Below, in pieces: positions 1 through 10,644 of a stretch of 64,000 nt of DNA. The notes below the pieces were generated by a model that was given only the letters and a program-made list of their open reading frames with translations, was not told where the DNA came from and did not search any database. Each line of letters opens with the position of its first letter. Position 1 is the first letter of the stretch. A program made the position numbers and the translations under genes. The DNA is taken from the NCBI GenBank assembly GCA_963733035.1, contig CAVTBU010000005.1:1312001-1376000 (forward strand), read 5' to 3'. Origin of the DNA: Pirellulales bacterium (GTDB lineage Bacteria > Planctomycetota > Planctomycetia > Pirellulales > PALSA-1355).

Positions 1-854
1 ACGCCTGGCTGATTACGGTCGTCGGCTTGCCACCCTTTGTCGCCACCCTGGCATCGTTGGTCGGGCTGCGCAGTCTCGCGCGCGTAATGGTGCAAGAGGT
101 GACCACGGCCCTCACCCCCACGGGCCGCACGACACAGATCTACATTTATGACAGCACGTTCAACGCGTTGGGAACTCGATGGTGGATCCCGCTGGCCATC
201 TTTCTGATTCTGAGTTTCGTGTGCTGGATCCTGCTCAGCCGCACCGTCGTCGGGCGCCATCTCTATGCCATGGGCGGCAACGAAGCCGCGGCACGATTGA
301 GCGGCATCCGCACCGATCACCTCAAGTGGTTGGCCTACAGCCTGGGAGCGATCACCTCATCCATCGCCGGAATTCTTTACATGGCCGAGGTTGGCACGGC
401 ATACCCGGCCGTCCAGGGACTGGGCTATGAACTGAACGCCATTGCCGCGGCCGTCGTCGGTGGTTGCAGCCTGCAAGGGGGCGTGGGAACGATCTGGGGA
501 ACCATGCTGGGCGTCGTCTTCCTGCGGGTGGTGATCGACGCCGTTGCCAAGTTGGTCAAAGTCGGTGCCGATGAATACCAGGGAATCATCGTCGGCGTCT
601 TGGTGGTGCTCGCCGTGGCGTTTAACGAACTGCGTCGGGCCGGCGGCGGCCTGAGCAAACAGTTCTTTCCAGGACTGTTGGGCATCTTGGCGATTGGCAT
701 TTTGACGGCGCTGGCCGGCACGCTGACCACGATGATGTTCGGCAAATCCGCCGGCCTGTCGGTATTCGTGATCGCCCTTGTTTCACTCTCCGTTCGCCGA
801 CTGGCCGAGGGCCGCGCGATTCGGAGGCGGCACTCCGACGCGGTGCCGTCATGA
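1..854 (+). CDS. Sugar ABC transporter permease (RbsC/BPD_transp_2 family), 5' truncated by window edge
   Basis: [26 protein letters not shown] and [20 protein letters not shown] motifs; stop overlaps the ATPase start (ATGA). Confidence 0.9.
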   Translation, partial: AWLITVVGLPPFVATLASLVGLRSLARVMVQEVTTALTPTGRTTQIYIYDSTFNALGTRWWIPLAIFLILSFVCWILLSRTVVGRHLYAMGGNEAAARLSGIRTDHLKWLAYSLGAITSSIAGILYMAEVGTAYPAVQGLGYELNAIAAAVVGGCSLQGGVGTIWGTMLGVVFLRVVIDAVAKLVKVGADEYQGIIVGVLVVLAVAFNELRRAGGGLSKQFFPGLLGILAIGILTALAGTLTTMMFGKSAGLSVFVIALVSLSVRRLAEGRAIRRRHSDAVPS

Positions 855-2383
855 CGTCGGTGCCGCTGGTTTCGATTCGCCATGTCTCGAAGCGTTATCC
901 CGGCGTGCAGGCCCTCGCCGACGTGTCGTTTGACGTGCGTCCAGGAGAACTATTGGCGATCGTCGGCGAAAATGGGGCCGGCAAGAGCACGCTGATGAAG
1001 ATCCTGTCAGGCGTGATCGTCGACTACGACGGTCAGCTAGCGCTGCGTGGACAGGCCGTTCGATTCAGTGGCACGCGCGACGCCGAGGCAGCCGGAGTGA
1101 GCATCATTCACCAGGAGCTGAACCTCGTCGAGCAGCTTTCGGCCGCCGCCAACGTGTTTCTCGGCCGCGAGCGGCGAACCGCCTGGGGTTGGCTCGATCA
1201 GGCCACAATGGACCGCCAGGCCTCCCATTTGCTTGAGCAGCTCGAATGCCGTATCGACGCCCGGCGACCCGTGGGCGAACTGCGCGTCGGTGATCAACAG
1301 CTCATCGAAATCGCCAAAGCGCTATCGCTTGAGTCCGAGATTCTGATCATGGACGAGCCGACCAGCGCACTAACCGAAGCGGAAGTGGCGCGGTTGTTTC
1401 GCGTCATCGAGCGACTCAGGGAGCGCGGGGTCACGATCCTTTATATCTCGCACAAGATGGACGAGGTGTTTCACCTGGCCGAGCGGATTGCCGTCTTGCG
1501 CGATGGAAAACTAGTCGACGTGGTCGATCGCACGGATGCCACGCCGCGCGGCGTCACGCATCTGATGGTCGGACGCGAGATCGAGGAAACCAACGTTTCG
1601 AGTCCGCGAGAGCCGGGCGAAGTGGTGCTGGAGGTCGAACACCTGTCGCTCCCCTGGCCGGGACACGCACGGCAGTGGCGCCTGGCAGACGTTTCCTTTT
1701 CGCTGCGCAAGGGCGAGATCGTCGGCATCGCCGGCTTGATGGGTGCCGGCCGCACGGAACTGCTCGAATGCCTCTTCGGCGCCAGCCAGGACCGTCCCCG
1801 CGGCACCATGGTTCTGGACGGCCGGGCGGTCGCCTTCTCGCATCCGGCCGAGGCCAAGCGTGCCGGCGTGGCACTAGTCACGGAAGACCGCAAACGATTT
1901 GGGCTTTTCGCCGAAATGTCGGTGGGGCAGAACATCACGCTCTGCACGCTCGGACAGTCCACGCAGGCCGGACTGCTGAGTCGTCGCCGCGAAGGAACCC
2001 GGGCCAAGCAGATGGTCGATCAGCTCGGCGTGAAGACGGCCGGCGTCGAAGCCTCGATCACGAGCCTCAGCGGCGGCAATCAGCAGAAAGCGATCATCGG
2101 CCGCTGGTTGCTCACCCAGCCCAAGGTACTGCTGCTCGACGATCCGACGCGCGGGGTCGACGTGGGAGCCAAGGCCGAACTTTACCGGCTGATGGACCAG
2201 CTCTGCCGGCAAGGACTGGGGATCTTGGTTACTTCCAGCGAATTGCCCGAACTACTTACGCTCTGCGACCGCATTCTCGTGCTCTGCGAAGGTCGCTTGA
2301 CCGGGGAATTCTCGCGCGAGGAAGCCACCGAACAACGAATTATGGAAGCGGCGACCATGCGACGCTCCAGCGTCCAGGCCTGA
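851..2383 (+). CDS. Sugar ABC transporter ATP-binding protein (RbsA/MglA type, two NBDs)
   Basis: Walker [41 protein letters not shown]. Confidence 0.95.
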   Translation: MTSVPLVSIRHVSKRYPGVQALADVSFDVRPGELLAIVGENGAGKSTLMKILSGVIVDYDGQLALRGQAVRFSGTRDAEAAGVSIIHQELNLVEQLSAAANVFLGRERRTAWGWLDQATMDRQASHLLEQLECRIDARRPVGELRVGDQQLIEIAKALSLESEILIMDEPTSALTEAEVARLFRVIERLRERGVTILYISHKMDEVFHLAERIAVLRDGKLVDVVDRTDATPRGVTHLMVGREIEETNVSSPREPGEVVLEVEHLSLPWPGHARQWRLADVSFSLRKGEIVGIAGLMGAGRTELLECLFGASQDRPRGTMVLDGRAVAFSHPAEAKRAGVALVTEDRKRFGLFAEMSVGQNITLCTLGQSTQAGLLSRRREGTRAKQMVDQLGVKTAGVEASITSLSGGNQQKAIIGRWLLTQPKVLLLDDPTRGVDVGAKAELYRLMDQLCRQGLGILVTSSELPELLTLCDRILVLCEGRLTGEFSREEATEQRIMEAATMRRSSVQA

Positions 2384-2385
2384 CG

Positions 2386-3438
2386 TCAGGTACCGACATA
2401 TTTCGCATACACAGACCGGGCCGTGGCGATGTCATCCGTTCCGCCAATGATTGCCCTTCCATCGGCAAACAGCGTGAGCGTGTAGTCGTCGATCGCGGCA
2501 CGCACCAGATAGCGGTTTTGTGTCACGCGTCCCACCGAGGAAAGCTTTTCGGCGAGTTTTTCCAGCGACACCGTAGCCCGATCCGGAGGGCTCAGCTGCA
2601 CGGCATTGCGACCGCAAAGGATAGCCGATCGGCTCGCGCGGCTGCCGTCGAGCCACGGGAACTCGCTGCCGCGGCACGCCGCGCATTGGCCATTGGCACG
2701 CAACGATTCGAGGCTCACCTGTCGGATGCGATTGTCCCACACGTCGATGATCGTCAGCTGCCGGTTGATGGCGTCGCGATTTCCGCTCGCGATCTTGAGT
2801 GCCTCGTTCGCTTGCAGCGACGCGATCACATTGACGATCGGTGCCAAGATGCCTGCCGTGTCGCACGTGGGCGTGGTGCCAGGCGGCGGCGTGTCGTTCA
2901 TCAGGCACCGCAGGCAGGCGGTTTCTCCCGGAATGATCGTCATCGTCTGCCCCTCGGAACCAAGGCAGCCGCCGTAGACCCAGGGGATGCGGCGCTTCAT
3001 TGCCAGGTCGTTGAGTAGCATCCGAGTTTCGAAGTTGTCGGTGCCGTCCAGAATCACGTCGATGCCGTCGGTCAACTCCTCGACATTGGTGAAATCCACG
3101 TCGGCAACGATCGGTTCGACGGTCACCTGCGAATTGATCACGCGAAGCTTGTTTGTCGCGGCAATCGCCTTTGGCAACCCTGCCGCCACGTCCGCCTCGT
3201 CAAATAGCACCTGCCGCTGCAGGTTGTTGAGTTCGAGAAAATCGCGGTCGACCAATCGCACGTAGCCGAGTCCGCTGCGGACGAGCGTACCCGCGATCAC
3301 CGAACCAAGCGCCCCGCAGCCACAGACCAGCGCCCGGGCCGCCGACAACTTTCGCTGCCCCTCCTCCCCAAAGGGCGCAAAACGAATTTGTCGCGCGTAG
3401 CGCGTCAGGTCGAGAGCATTCGTAACGTCATCCGTCAT
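2386..3438 (-). CDS. ThiF/MoeB family adenylyltransferase
   Basis: RYARQ, GCGALGS, DRDFLELNNLQRQ, DGTDNFETR, CLRC/CAAC Zn pairs, PTCDTAG. Confidence 0.9.
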   Translation of the reverse strand: MTDDVTNALDLTRYARQIRFAPFGEEGQRKLSAARALVCGCGALGSVIAGTLVRSGLGYVRLVDRDFLELNNLQRQVLFDEADVAAGLPKAIAATNKLRVINSQVTVEPIVADVDFTNVEELTDGIDVILDGTDNFETRMLLNDLAMKRRIPWVYGGCLGSEGQTMTIIPGETACLRCLMNDTPPPGTTPTCDTAGILAPIVNVIASLQANEALKIASGNRDAINRQLTIIDVWDNRIRQVSLESLRANGQCAACRGSEFPWLDGSRASRSAILCGRNAVQLSPPDRATVSLEKLAEKLSSVGRVTQNRYLVRAAIDDYTLTLFADGRAIIGGTDDIATARSVYAKYVGT

Positions 3439-3476
3439 GGCACTTGAAATTAAATGCGTGAAACAAACACCGCCAG

Positions 3477-4355
3477 TTACACAATATAGCCGGCAAACTG
3501 CCCTTGCGGCGCCAGACTGCGTTGCAACTTGTCGCAGCCCGCCCTGGCTTGGTCCACGCTTGTGCAGTTCGGCAATTTCCGTCTTACGATCACCGGCAGC
3601 CCGCCTGCAACGAGGCCAGCGATTTCCTGATCTGAAACCTGGAGGATCACCAGGTCAGCCCAGGGCGACGGGGTGATTGGCATGTCGCCGGAGAATCGTT
3701 CCGCCAGCAATAGGTTGAGTCCTACGCCCTCGAGTTGCGGATTTGCACCGCGCGGCAAGGAGACGATACCGACCGCCGGCCAGCGGCTCAGTCGGCGGAT
3801 TTCATCGGCGTCGGATTGGTCCAATTCCGCCACGACAAAGACGCCTACCCTGCTCGCCGTTTCGCAAATTGAATCATCCGGCGCTGCGACAACCAAAGCC
3901 GTGTCGAGTGTGTGCCACTGAGCAGGGTCGACTGGCCGATCGCCGGCGGCTGCCACGCCGCGCAAGACCCAGGCCTTGCCATCGAGTCGCAGCCGTCCGC
4001 CGGCAGCTCCGAACCGCCGAATCCCAAAACACCGCTCCGCCTCCCCCAGCACTCGGCCCTCTTGCTGAAGTTGCCAACGGGCCTGGTACAAATGCGGCAT
4101 TTCCGGAGTCCAAAAGCTGGGCTCCGGCACAATCGCCTCGGCCAGCGGAGCTGCTCCCGGACCGCGGTCGATAAATCGCGAAGTGGCCGGCAATGTCTCC
4201 GCATAGATGCACGTCGGACCCGTGAGTGTGCCTGTCACTTGTAGTCCCTGACCGGGTTGCGGACCGTAGTAGCGGGCGTAGACGCGACAGACGGCTTGCG
4301 AAACGGCGCCGAAAAACAGGTCCACGCAATCGGCGTGCGAATCGGATGTGGACAT
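3477..4355 (-). CDS. Hypothetical protein resembling a degenerate glycoside hydrolase family 2 (Ig-like + TIM fragment)
   Basis: PSFWTPEMPHLY...FGIRRF...LRLDGKAWVLRGV resembles the GH2 WxPExPxLY...FGxR...NG.P..LRG segment; 2 bp from the uvrA stop. Confidence 0.55.
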   Translation of the reverse strand: MSTSDSHADCVDLFFGAVSQAVCRVYARYYGPQPGQGLQVTGTLTGPTCIYAETLPATSRFIDRGPGAAPLAEAIVPEPSFWTPEMPHLYQARWQLQQEGRVLGEAERCFGIRRFGAAGGRLRLDGKAWVLRGVAAAGDRPVDPAQWHTLDTALVVAAPDDSICETASRVGVFVVAELDQSDADEIRRLSRWPAVGIVSLPRGANPQLEGVGLNLLLAERFSGDMPITPSPWADLVILQVSDQEIAGLVAGGLPVIVRRKLPNCTSVDQARAGCDKLQRSLAPQGQFAGYIV

Positions 4356-4357
4356 GG

Positions 4358-7226
4358 CTATTCCTCGTCGCCAATTGCCAACAGCTTTGCCTGCCGGTTT
4401 TTCTCGGCAAACGCCTTGGCCAGAAAGCGCCCTGTGACCGACTCCTTCGACTTGGCGATTTGTTCCGGCGTCCCTTGTGCCACCACACGCCCCCCCTCGT
4501 CTGCGGCGCCGGGCCCCAAGTCAATGATATAGTCCGCGGCTTGCATTAGCTGCAAGTTGTGCTCGACGACGATCAGCGAGTGCCCTACGTTGATTAACGC
4601 CTCGAAGCAATCGAGCAATTGCAGCACGTCGTGAAAATGCAATCCCGTTGTGGGCTCGTCGAGCAGAAACAAGGATCGCCCACGACGTGTGGCCGACATG
4701 TAAGTTGCCAGCTTCAGCCGCTGGGCTTCACCGCCCGAGAGAGTATTTGCGGGCTGGCCGAGCCGCAGGTAGTCGAGCCCCACGTCGATCAACCGCTTGA
4801 GGCGGGCTTGCACCTTGACCTGACCACGAAAGAACGTAAACGCCTCGCGGACGGTCATCTCCAGAACTTCCGAGATGTCGCGGCCGCGGTATTTTACGTC
4901 CAGGATCTCCTTGCGATACCGTCGCCCGCCACACTGGCTGCAGCGCATGTAGACATCGGCCAGAAACTGCATATCGATTGCAATTTGACCGTCTCCCTGG
5001 CAAGCGGTGCAACGCCCGCCGTCGACGTTGAAACTAAAATGGGCGGCGTCGTAGTTGCGCGTGCGAGCTTCGACCGTGTCGGCAAACACGGCCCTGATCT
5101 CATCGAAGGCCTTGATGTAGGTCACGGGATTCGAACGTGGCGAGCGTCCGATCGGACTCTGATCGACGAGGATCACATCCTCCAGCTGGCCGTCGCCAAA
5201 CACATCGTCGAATTCGCACGGCTTGGGGGCCTCTTTGCGCATTCGGCGGCGCAGCGCGGGATACAGCGTGTCTTGAATGAGCGTGCTCTTGCCCGATCCG
5301 CTGACGCCGGTAACCAGGCACATTAAACCGAGGGGAAATTCGACGGTCACGTTTTGGAGATTATTTCCCCGCGCCGGCCAGGCGGATCCAACCGTGATTT
5401 GGTGGCCGTCGATCGTTTGCCACACTGGCGCCACGTCGACCGGAGAGAAAGTCACCGGTCAGGCTGCGGGGATTGTCCAGCATTTCGTCGAGCGTACCCT
5501 GAAACACGACTTCCCCGCCCCGTTCGCCTGCTCCGGGCCCGATCTCAATGAGCCGGTCGGCCGCGCGAATCATCGACTCCTCGTGTTCCACCACGACGAC
5601 TGAGTTGCCTCGATCCCGAAGTGAGGCGATCGCCTCGGTCAATCGATCAACGTCGCGCGGGTGAAGCCCAATGCTCGGCTCGTCGAGCACATAAAGCATG
5701 TTCACCAGGCTCGAGCCAAGCGCGCCAGTCAACGTCACTCGTTGGGCCTCGCCGCCGCTGAGAGTTCGTAGCGTGCGGTCGAGCGTGAGGTACCCCAAGC
5801 CGACATCGACGAGGTATTTGAGCCGCGACTGAGTCTGTTCGAGCATGACCCGGCCGACCTGGCGCTGCCATTCGGGCAGTTGGAGATCGCGAAAGAACCG
5901 CAGCGCATCCTGAACTTTCAGATTCGATACGTCCGCGATATTGAACCCGCCGATTCGCGTGTCGAGCGCCTCGGGGCGGAGCCGAGACCCGTGGCACTCC
6001 GGACAGACGCGATAACTTCGCCACCGACTCAAAAACACTCGCAGGTGCATTTTGTATTTCCGCCGTTCGAGCCAGGCGAAAAAACCTCGCAAACCGCCGA
6101 AGTTCCGCTCTCGCACGCCCTCAAAAACGAGCGCCCGTTCCTCGTCGCTCAGCTCGCGATAGGGAACATCGACGCGTAGCTTGCAGTCGTCTGCAAGCGC
6201 GAGTAGTTCCTCCAGCTCATGGGCATAGGCCGGCGTGTTCCAAGGGGCGATCGCGCCTTCCCTGAGCGACTTGTTCGGATCGGGAACGACCAAGTCCATA
6301 TCGACGTCGATAACGTTGCCAAACCCTTCACAAACCGGACAAGCGCCCAGGGGACTGTTGAAACTGTAGAGCCGCGGCTCCTGCGGCGGGTAATCGAGGC
6401 CGCAGGCGTCGCACCGCAGATTCGACGAAAAGACGAATTGGTGCCAGGTCGAGCCGTTTAGTTCACGCGGCTTGCCGCCGGCCAGCGGCAAGGCGTCGCC
6501 GTGCGCGTCGGCGAGGACCACAACCTTTCCCTTCCCCTTGGCAAAGGCGGTCTCCACTGAATCGCGCAGCCGACTCATCTCCGTCGCGCCGGCCGAGAGC
6601 CGATCGACGACCGCCAGCACTCCGTCGGCCGCATGGTCCGGATCCACCTCCGACCAGGGCTCTTCCGACAAATTGACGAGGCGGTTCCCCACCACCGCCC
6701 GGACAAAACCCTCTTCTTGAAACGCGGGCCACAGTTTCTGATCGGCACCAGTGGACTCGACACTAAACGCCACCAGAAAGCGAGTCCCCGCGGGCAGGCG
6801 CTGGAGCACTTGGGCGGTTGATTGGGGAGAGTACTTGCGAATCTCCGCTCCGCATTGCCGGCAATTCACCTGCCCAATTTTCGCATAGAGTAATCTTAAG
6901 TAGTCGCTGGTTTCGGTCGCCGTGCCCACGGTTGAACGGCTCGACCGACTGGCGTTCTTGTGCGTTACGGCAATCGCCGGCGGAATCCCCTCAATACGCT
7001 CGGCGGCCGGCTTTTCCAGCCGTTCGAGGAACTGCCGGGTGTACGCGGAAAAGCTGTCGATGTACCGCCGCTGGCCTTCGGCATAGAGCGTGTCGAGGGC
7101 CAGGCTCGTCTTGCCACTGCCGCTTAGCCCGCAGAGCACGACTAGCTTGCGCCGGGGGATGTCGAGATCGATGTCCTTCAGGTTGTGAACCGCGACTCCG
7201 CGCAGCGAGATCGATTGGTGCGGCAC
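4358..7226 (-). CDS. uvrA: Excinuclease ABC subunit UvrA, split by an apparent frameshift near 5370
   Basis: VHNLKDIDL, GLSGSGKTSLA..TLYAEGQRRY, LSGGEAQR twice, Zn fingers; join GWIRLAGA/RGNNLQNV; GTG start at 7226 with GAGG upstream. Confidence 0.9.
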
Positions 7227-7580
7227 AAGGACCTCGTTTCGGTGCTGTCCAAATCCTTTATCATAGAACCGGGCGGAGCCTCGGGCCAGCGCCGGTTGGC
7301 CGTGATGACGCCCAGGAGGGGTGCCTCCGTGGGATTCGGCAATAAGCGACTTGACCGCTTCCGAATGATTGGTGGACGGAGTCGAAGCTGCCGTTGGGTT
7401 CTTGCGCGTCAAGCTTTGGGCTGGCGCCGGCCGGCCTGATGCAAAAAAGGGACGCTCCAGTTCGATTTCGCCACTGCCAGGGATGCAAGTTTGCCGGGTC
7501 TCAACGATGGCATCGGCTACGCAGTCGGCACGCCCCTTACGACCGCTTCAATCCGCCCCCGTCGGGCGGTCAACCGGAGC

Positions 7581-7596
7581 GGGCATTCAATTTGCA
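7581..7596 (+). promoter_or_regulatory. Candidate sigma54 (-24/-12) promoter for the polysaccharide operon
   Basis: GGGCAT-TCAAT-TTGCA; exact GG-N10-GC spacing. Confidence 0.45.
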
Positions 7597-7899
7597 AACT
7601 GGATCGGATTCCCTGAGAATGCCCGGCTTAATGACAATTTCACATGCCAGCGGGCAGACCCGCGGCAGGTGGTTTGTTAAGCTGAAGAAATGGCCGCTAT
7701 GTGGTAGCTACCCTGATTGTTTGGGGTCCCGTCTAACCAGAGCGTGCCATCTGTCGGACTTCTCCGGTGGCGCTTTACAAGTGAATTGAAACGGGGACAA
7801 ATGTCACCCAAGGGAACGGAGTGCGCGCACCTATCCCATTGCCAGACAGCGCATACGGACGCCTACCCGCGGGTGACTTGAATTTCGCATTCGTGAGCC

Positions 7900-8460
7900 A
7901 TGCCAATTTTACCAAGCCAGCCCGATCTCTATCCTCCGGCCATACTCGAAGCCCCGGAGCTTGGTCAGACGGCCGATGTGCCGTGGTGGGCGATGTACAC
8001 CATGGCACGCCGCGAGAAGGAACTGATGCGACGGTTGCGGGCGATGGAGATCGGCTTCTACGCACCCCTGGTCGCCAAGCGAACGCGTTCACCCGGTGGC
8101 CGAACGCGAGTCAGCCACGTCCCGCTGTTCACCAGCTATGTGTTCGTACGCGGCACCGAGGAGCAGCGGCACCGAGCCCTGACCACCAACTGTATTTCAC
8201 GCTGTCTCGAAGTGCCCGATGTTGGCCAGCTATTGCACGACCTGCGACAGATCCGGCACTTGATCGAGTTGGACACTCCCCTGACGATCGAAGCCCGCAT
8301 CGAGTCCGGTCGACGCATTCGCGTTCGATCGGGCCCCATGGCCGGTTTGGAGGGAACGGTCGTCAAGCGACGCGGCCGAGACTGGCTGGTGGTGGCCGTC
8401 GAATTCTTGGGGCAGGGTGCCAGCGTGCTATTAGAAGATTTCCAAGTCGAGCCACTGTAG
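7900..8460 (+). CDS. NusG-paralog transcription antiterminator (RfaH/UpxY-like)
   Basis: WWAMYTMARREK, VPLFTSYVFV, KOW motif RIRVRSGPMAGLEGTV; first gene of the long polysaccharide operon. Confidence 0.88.
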   Translation: MPILPSQPDLYPPAILEAPELGQTADVPWWAMYTMARREKELMRRLRAMEIGFYAPLVAKRTRSPGGRTRVSHVPLFTSYVFVRGTEEQRHRALTTNCISRCLEVPDVGQLLHDLRQIRHLIELDTPLTIEARIESGRRIRVRSGPMAGLEGTVVKRRGRDWLVVAVEFLGQGASVLLEDFQVEPL

Positions 8461-8632
8461 GCCAGCAAGCCACCAGCATGTATATACACGACAGCATAAC
8501 GATTAACCCGATCGGGTGGCCACGATTTGCTCGTGTCGTGGCGGACGGTTATGCTGCCGCGGAAGCAATTCTGGCGCCTTCGCGCACTTCGCAGGCGATC
8601 TCTGCATTCAAATCGACACCTTGGCAGTACCC

Positions 8633-10573
8633 ATGAGATCCGGATTACTCCCCCAACGTTTGACGAAGCGCGCGTTTGCCGTGCTTCTGCTGCATGCCGC
8701 CGTCTTTGCCCTGCTCTATCTTCTCTCGTGGGGTCTGCGGACCGAGTTCACGTTTACAGAAGATGACTGGGTCACGATCCTGGTCACCTTGCCGGGCGTC
8801 GTATTGATTCAAACCGGTGTCTTTTACTACGCGGGGCATTGCCACCGCTCGTGGTACAGCGTCTCGTTTTCGGACCTGGTGATGCTGTTCCATTCGGCCA
8901 CGCTCTCGTTATTGATCATTGCCACGCTCGATCGCCTGTTCGTGCGCGTTTTACATCTCTCGGCCGGCGTACTATTGATCGATTGGGCGATGGTGATCCT
9001 TGTGCTGGGTGGCATGCGAGCGGTTGGCCGGCTGTCGCGCGAGGAGCTCAGCCCCCGCCTCTGGCGAAGCGACTATCGCAAGGCGTTGATCGTTGGGGCA
9101 AATCAGTCGGGCGAAACCCTGGCCCGCCATCTGCTTTCCGACCGCCGACTGAAGTACCAACCCATTGGCTACCTCGATCACGACGCCAGCCGTATCGGTT
9201 CCACTTTTGGCGGGATTCCGGTCTGGGGTTTGCCTTCCAATGCGATTGAGATCGCCACCCGACTGGGCGTCGAGGACGTGCTCGTCATATCAGGCGTTTT
9301 AACCGGCCCTCAGCTCCGCGAGTTGATGGAGCGCGCGGCTGCGGCGGAGATCAAAATCAAGGTCATCCCCGCCTACGACGATCTGCTCTCCACCAACTAC
9401 GCACCGCAGATACGCGACGTCGACATCAACGACCTGCTGCGCCGCGAGCCCGTTGAACTCAACAGCGACGCAATCAGCTCCTTGGTCTCGGGCCGCACGG
9501 TAATGGTCAGTGGGGCCGGGGGCAGCATCGGCTCGGAAATCTGCCGCCAGGTGCTGAAGTTCCGCCCCAAAACCCTGCTGCTCGTCGAACGGGCCGAAAA
9601 CAGCCTGTTCCTCGTTGAGCAGGAGTTTCGGGCCCTTCGTACCGAAACGCAGATCGTGCCCTGCATTGCGGATATTACAGATCGCGACCGTATGTCGCAG
9701 ATCTTCAAGTCGCACCGCCCGGCCGTGGTCTTTCATGCGGCCGCTCACAAGCACGTTCCGATGATGGAATTCAACCCCGGCGAAGCCATCAAGAACAATG
9801 TGCTCGGCACGCGACAACTTGCCGAACTTTCAGACGAATTCGGCGTCCAGGAGTTCGTCATGATCTCGACCGATAAGGCTGTGAATCCGACGAGCATCAT
9901 GGGCGTCTCGAAGCAGCTGGCGGAACGGTTCATCCATGCGTTCTCCGAGAAGGCCGGCACGAAGTTCGTGGTTGTGCGGTTCGGCAACGTACTGGCGTCC
10001 AACGGCAGCGTGGTGCCAATCTTCCAGGAGCAAATCCGCCGCGGCGGTCCGATCACGGTTACGCATCCGGAGATTGAACGCTTTTTTATGACCATTCCCG
10101 AGGCCTCGCAGCTGGTATTGCAAGCGGCCGCGATGGGCAAGGGTGGCGAGATCTTCGTGCTCGACATGGGCGAACCGGTGCGAATTGTGGATTTGGCTCG
10201 CGATCTGGTGCGACTCTCGGGACTCACGGAAGCCGATATCGAAATCGTATTTACCGGCCTGCGACCTGGTGAAAAACTCTACGAGGAACTGTACTTCGAA
10301 GACGAAAAGATGCTGGCCACGCCACACCCCAAACTGTTCGTGGCCTATCACCGTCCTTATGCCTTGCCCGAGGTAGAGCAATCCATTTCCGAGGTCTCGG
10401 GCCTCATGCACGCCTCGCCCGACGTCTTGCGATTGAAAATCAAGGAGCTGGTCGCCGAATACGCGGAATCGGATTCGGCGCCATCCGTGCCCCCCGCGTC
10501 CGCCGAACAGCCCGCTGCGGACTCGCCAACCCGGCGTACCGGGGGGACCGCCAACGAGGCCCGCGTACAGTAG
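8633..10573 (+). CDS. UDP-GlcNAc 4,6-dehydratase (CapD/WbpM/PglF family)
   Basis: N-terminal TM helices, DLLRREPV, GAGGSIGSE, HAAAHKHVP, STDKAVNP, RFGNVL, GLRPGEKLYEEL. Confidence 0.95.
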   Translation: MRSGLLPQRLTKRAFAVLLLHAAVFALLYLLSWGLRTEFTFTEDDWVTILVTLPGVVLIQTGVFYYAGHCHRSWYSVSFSDLVMLFHSATLSLLIIATLDRLFVRVLHLSAGVLLIDWAMVILVLGGMRAVGRLSREELSPRLWRSDYRKALIVGANQSGETLARHLLSDRRLKYQPIGYLDHDASRIGSTFGGIPVWGLPSNAIEIATRLGVEDVLVISGVLTGPQLRELMERAAAAEIKIKVIPAYDDLLSTNYAPQIRDVDINDLLRREPVELNSDAISSLVSGRTVMVSGAGGSIGSEICRQVLKFRPKTLLLVERAENSLFLVEQEFRALRTETQIVPCIADITDRDRMSQIFKSHRPAVVFHAAAHKHVPMMEFNPGEAIKNNVLGTRQLAELSDEFGVQEFVMISTDKAVNPTSIMGVSKQLAERFIHAFSEKAGTKFVVVRFGNVLASNGSVVPIFQEQIRRGGPITVTHPEIERFFMTIPEASQLVLQAAAMGKGGEIFVLDMGEPVRIVDLARDLVRLSGLTEADIEIVFTGLRPGEKLYEELYFEDEKMLATPHPKLFVAYHRPYALPEVEQSISEVSGLMHASPDVLRLKIKELVAEYAESDSAPSVPPASAEQPAADSPTRRTGGTANEARVQ

Positions 10574-10644
10574 TTGTCGCACTTGCGCGGTACGCATTCG
10601 CTTACTACGTTTCGTCGCAATCGCAGCAGGTTCGTTTCTTAGTC

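Noticed and set aside
2386..3438. ThiF/E1 gene as part of a CBASS/ubiquitin-like defence or RiPP system
   Set aside because: Canonical MoeB-like architecture; no E2, JAB, cyclase or precursor peptide nearby
7508..7523. Second sigma54-like element TGGCAT-N5-ACGCA
   Set aside because: Poor -12 box; the 7581 site fits better
7857..7873. ops-like GCGGGTAGGCGT
   Set aside because: On the template strand relative to the operon and an imperfect match
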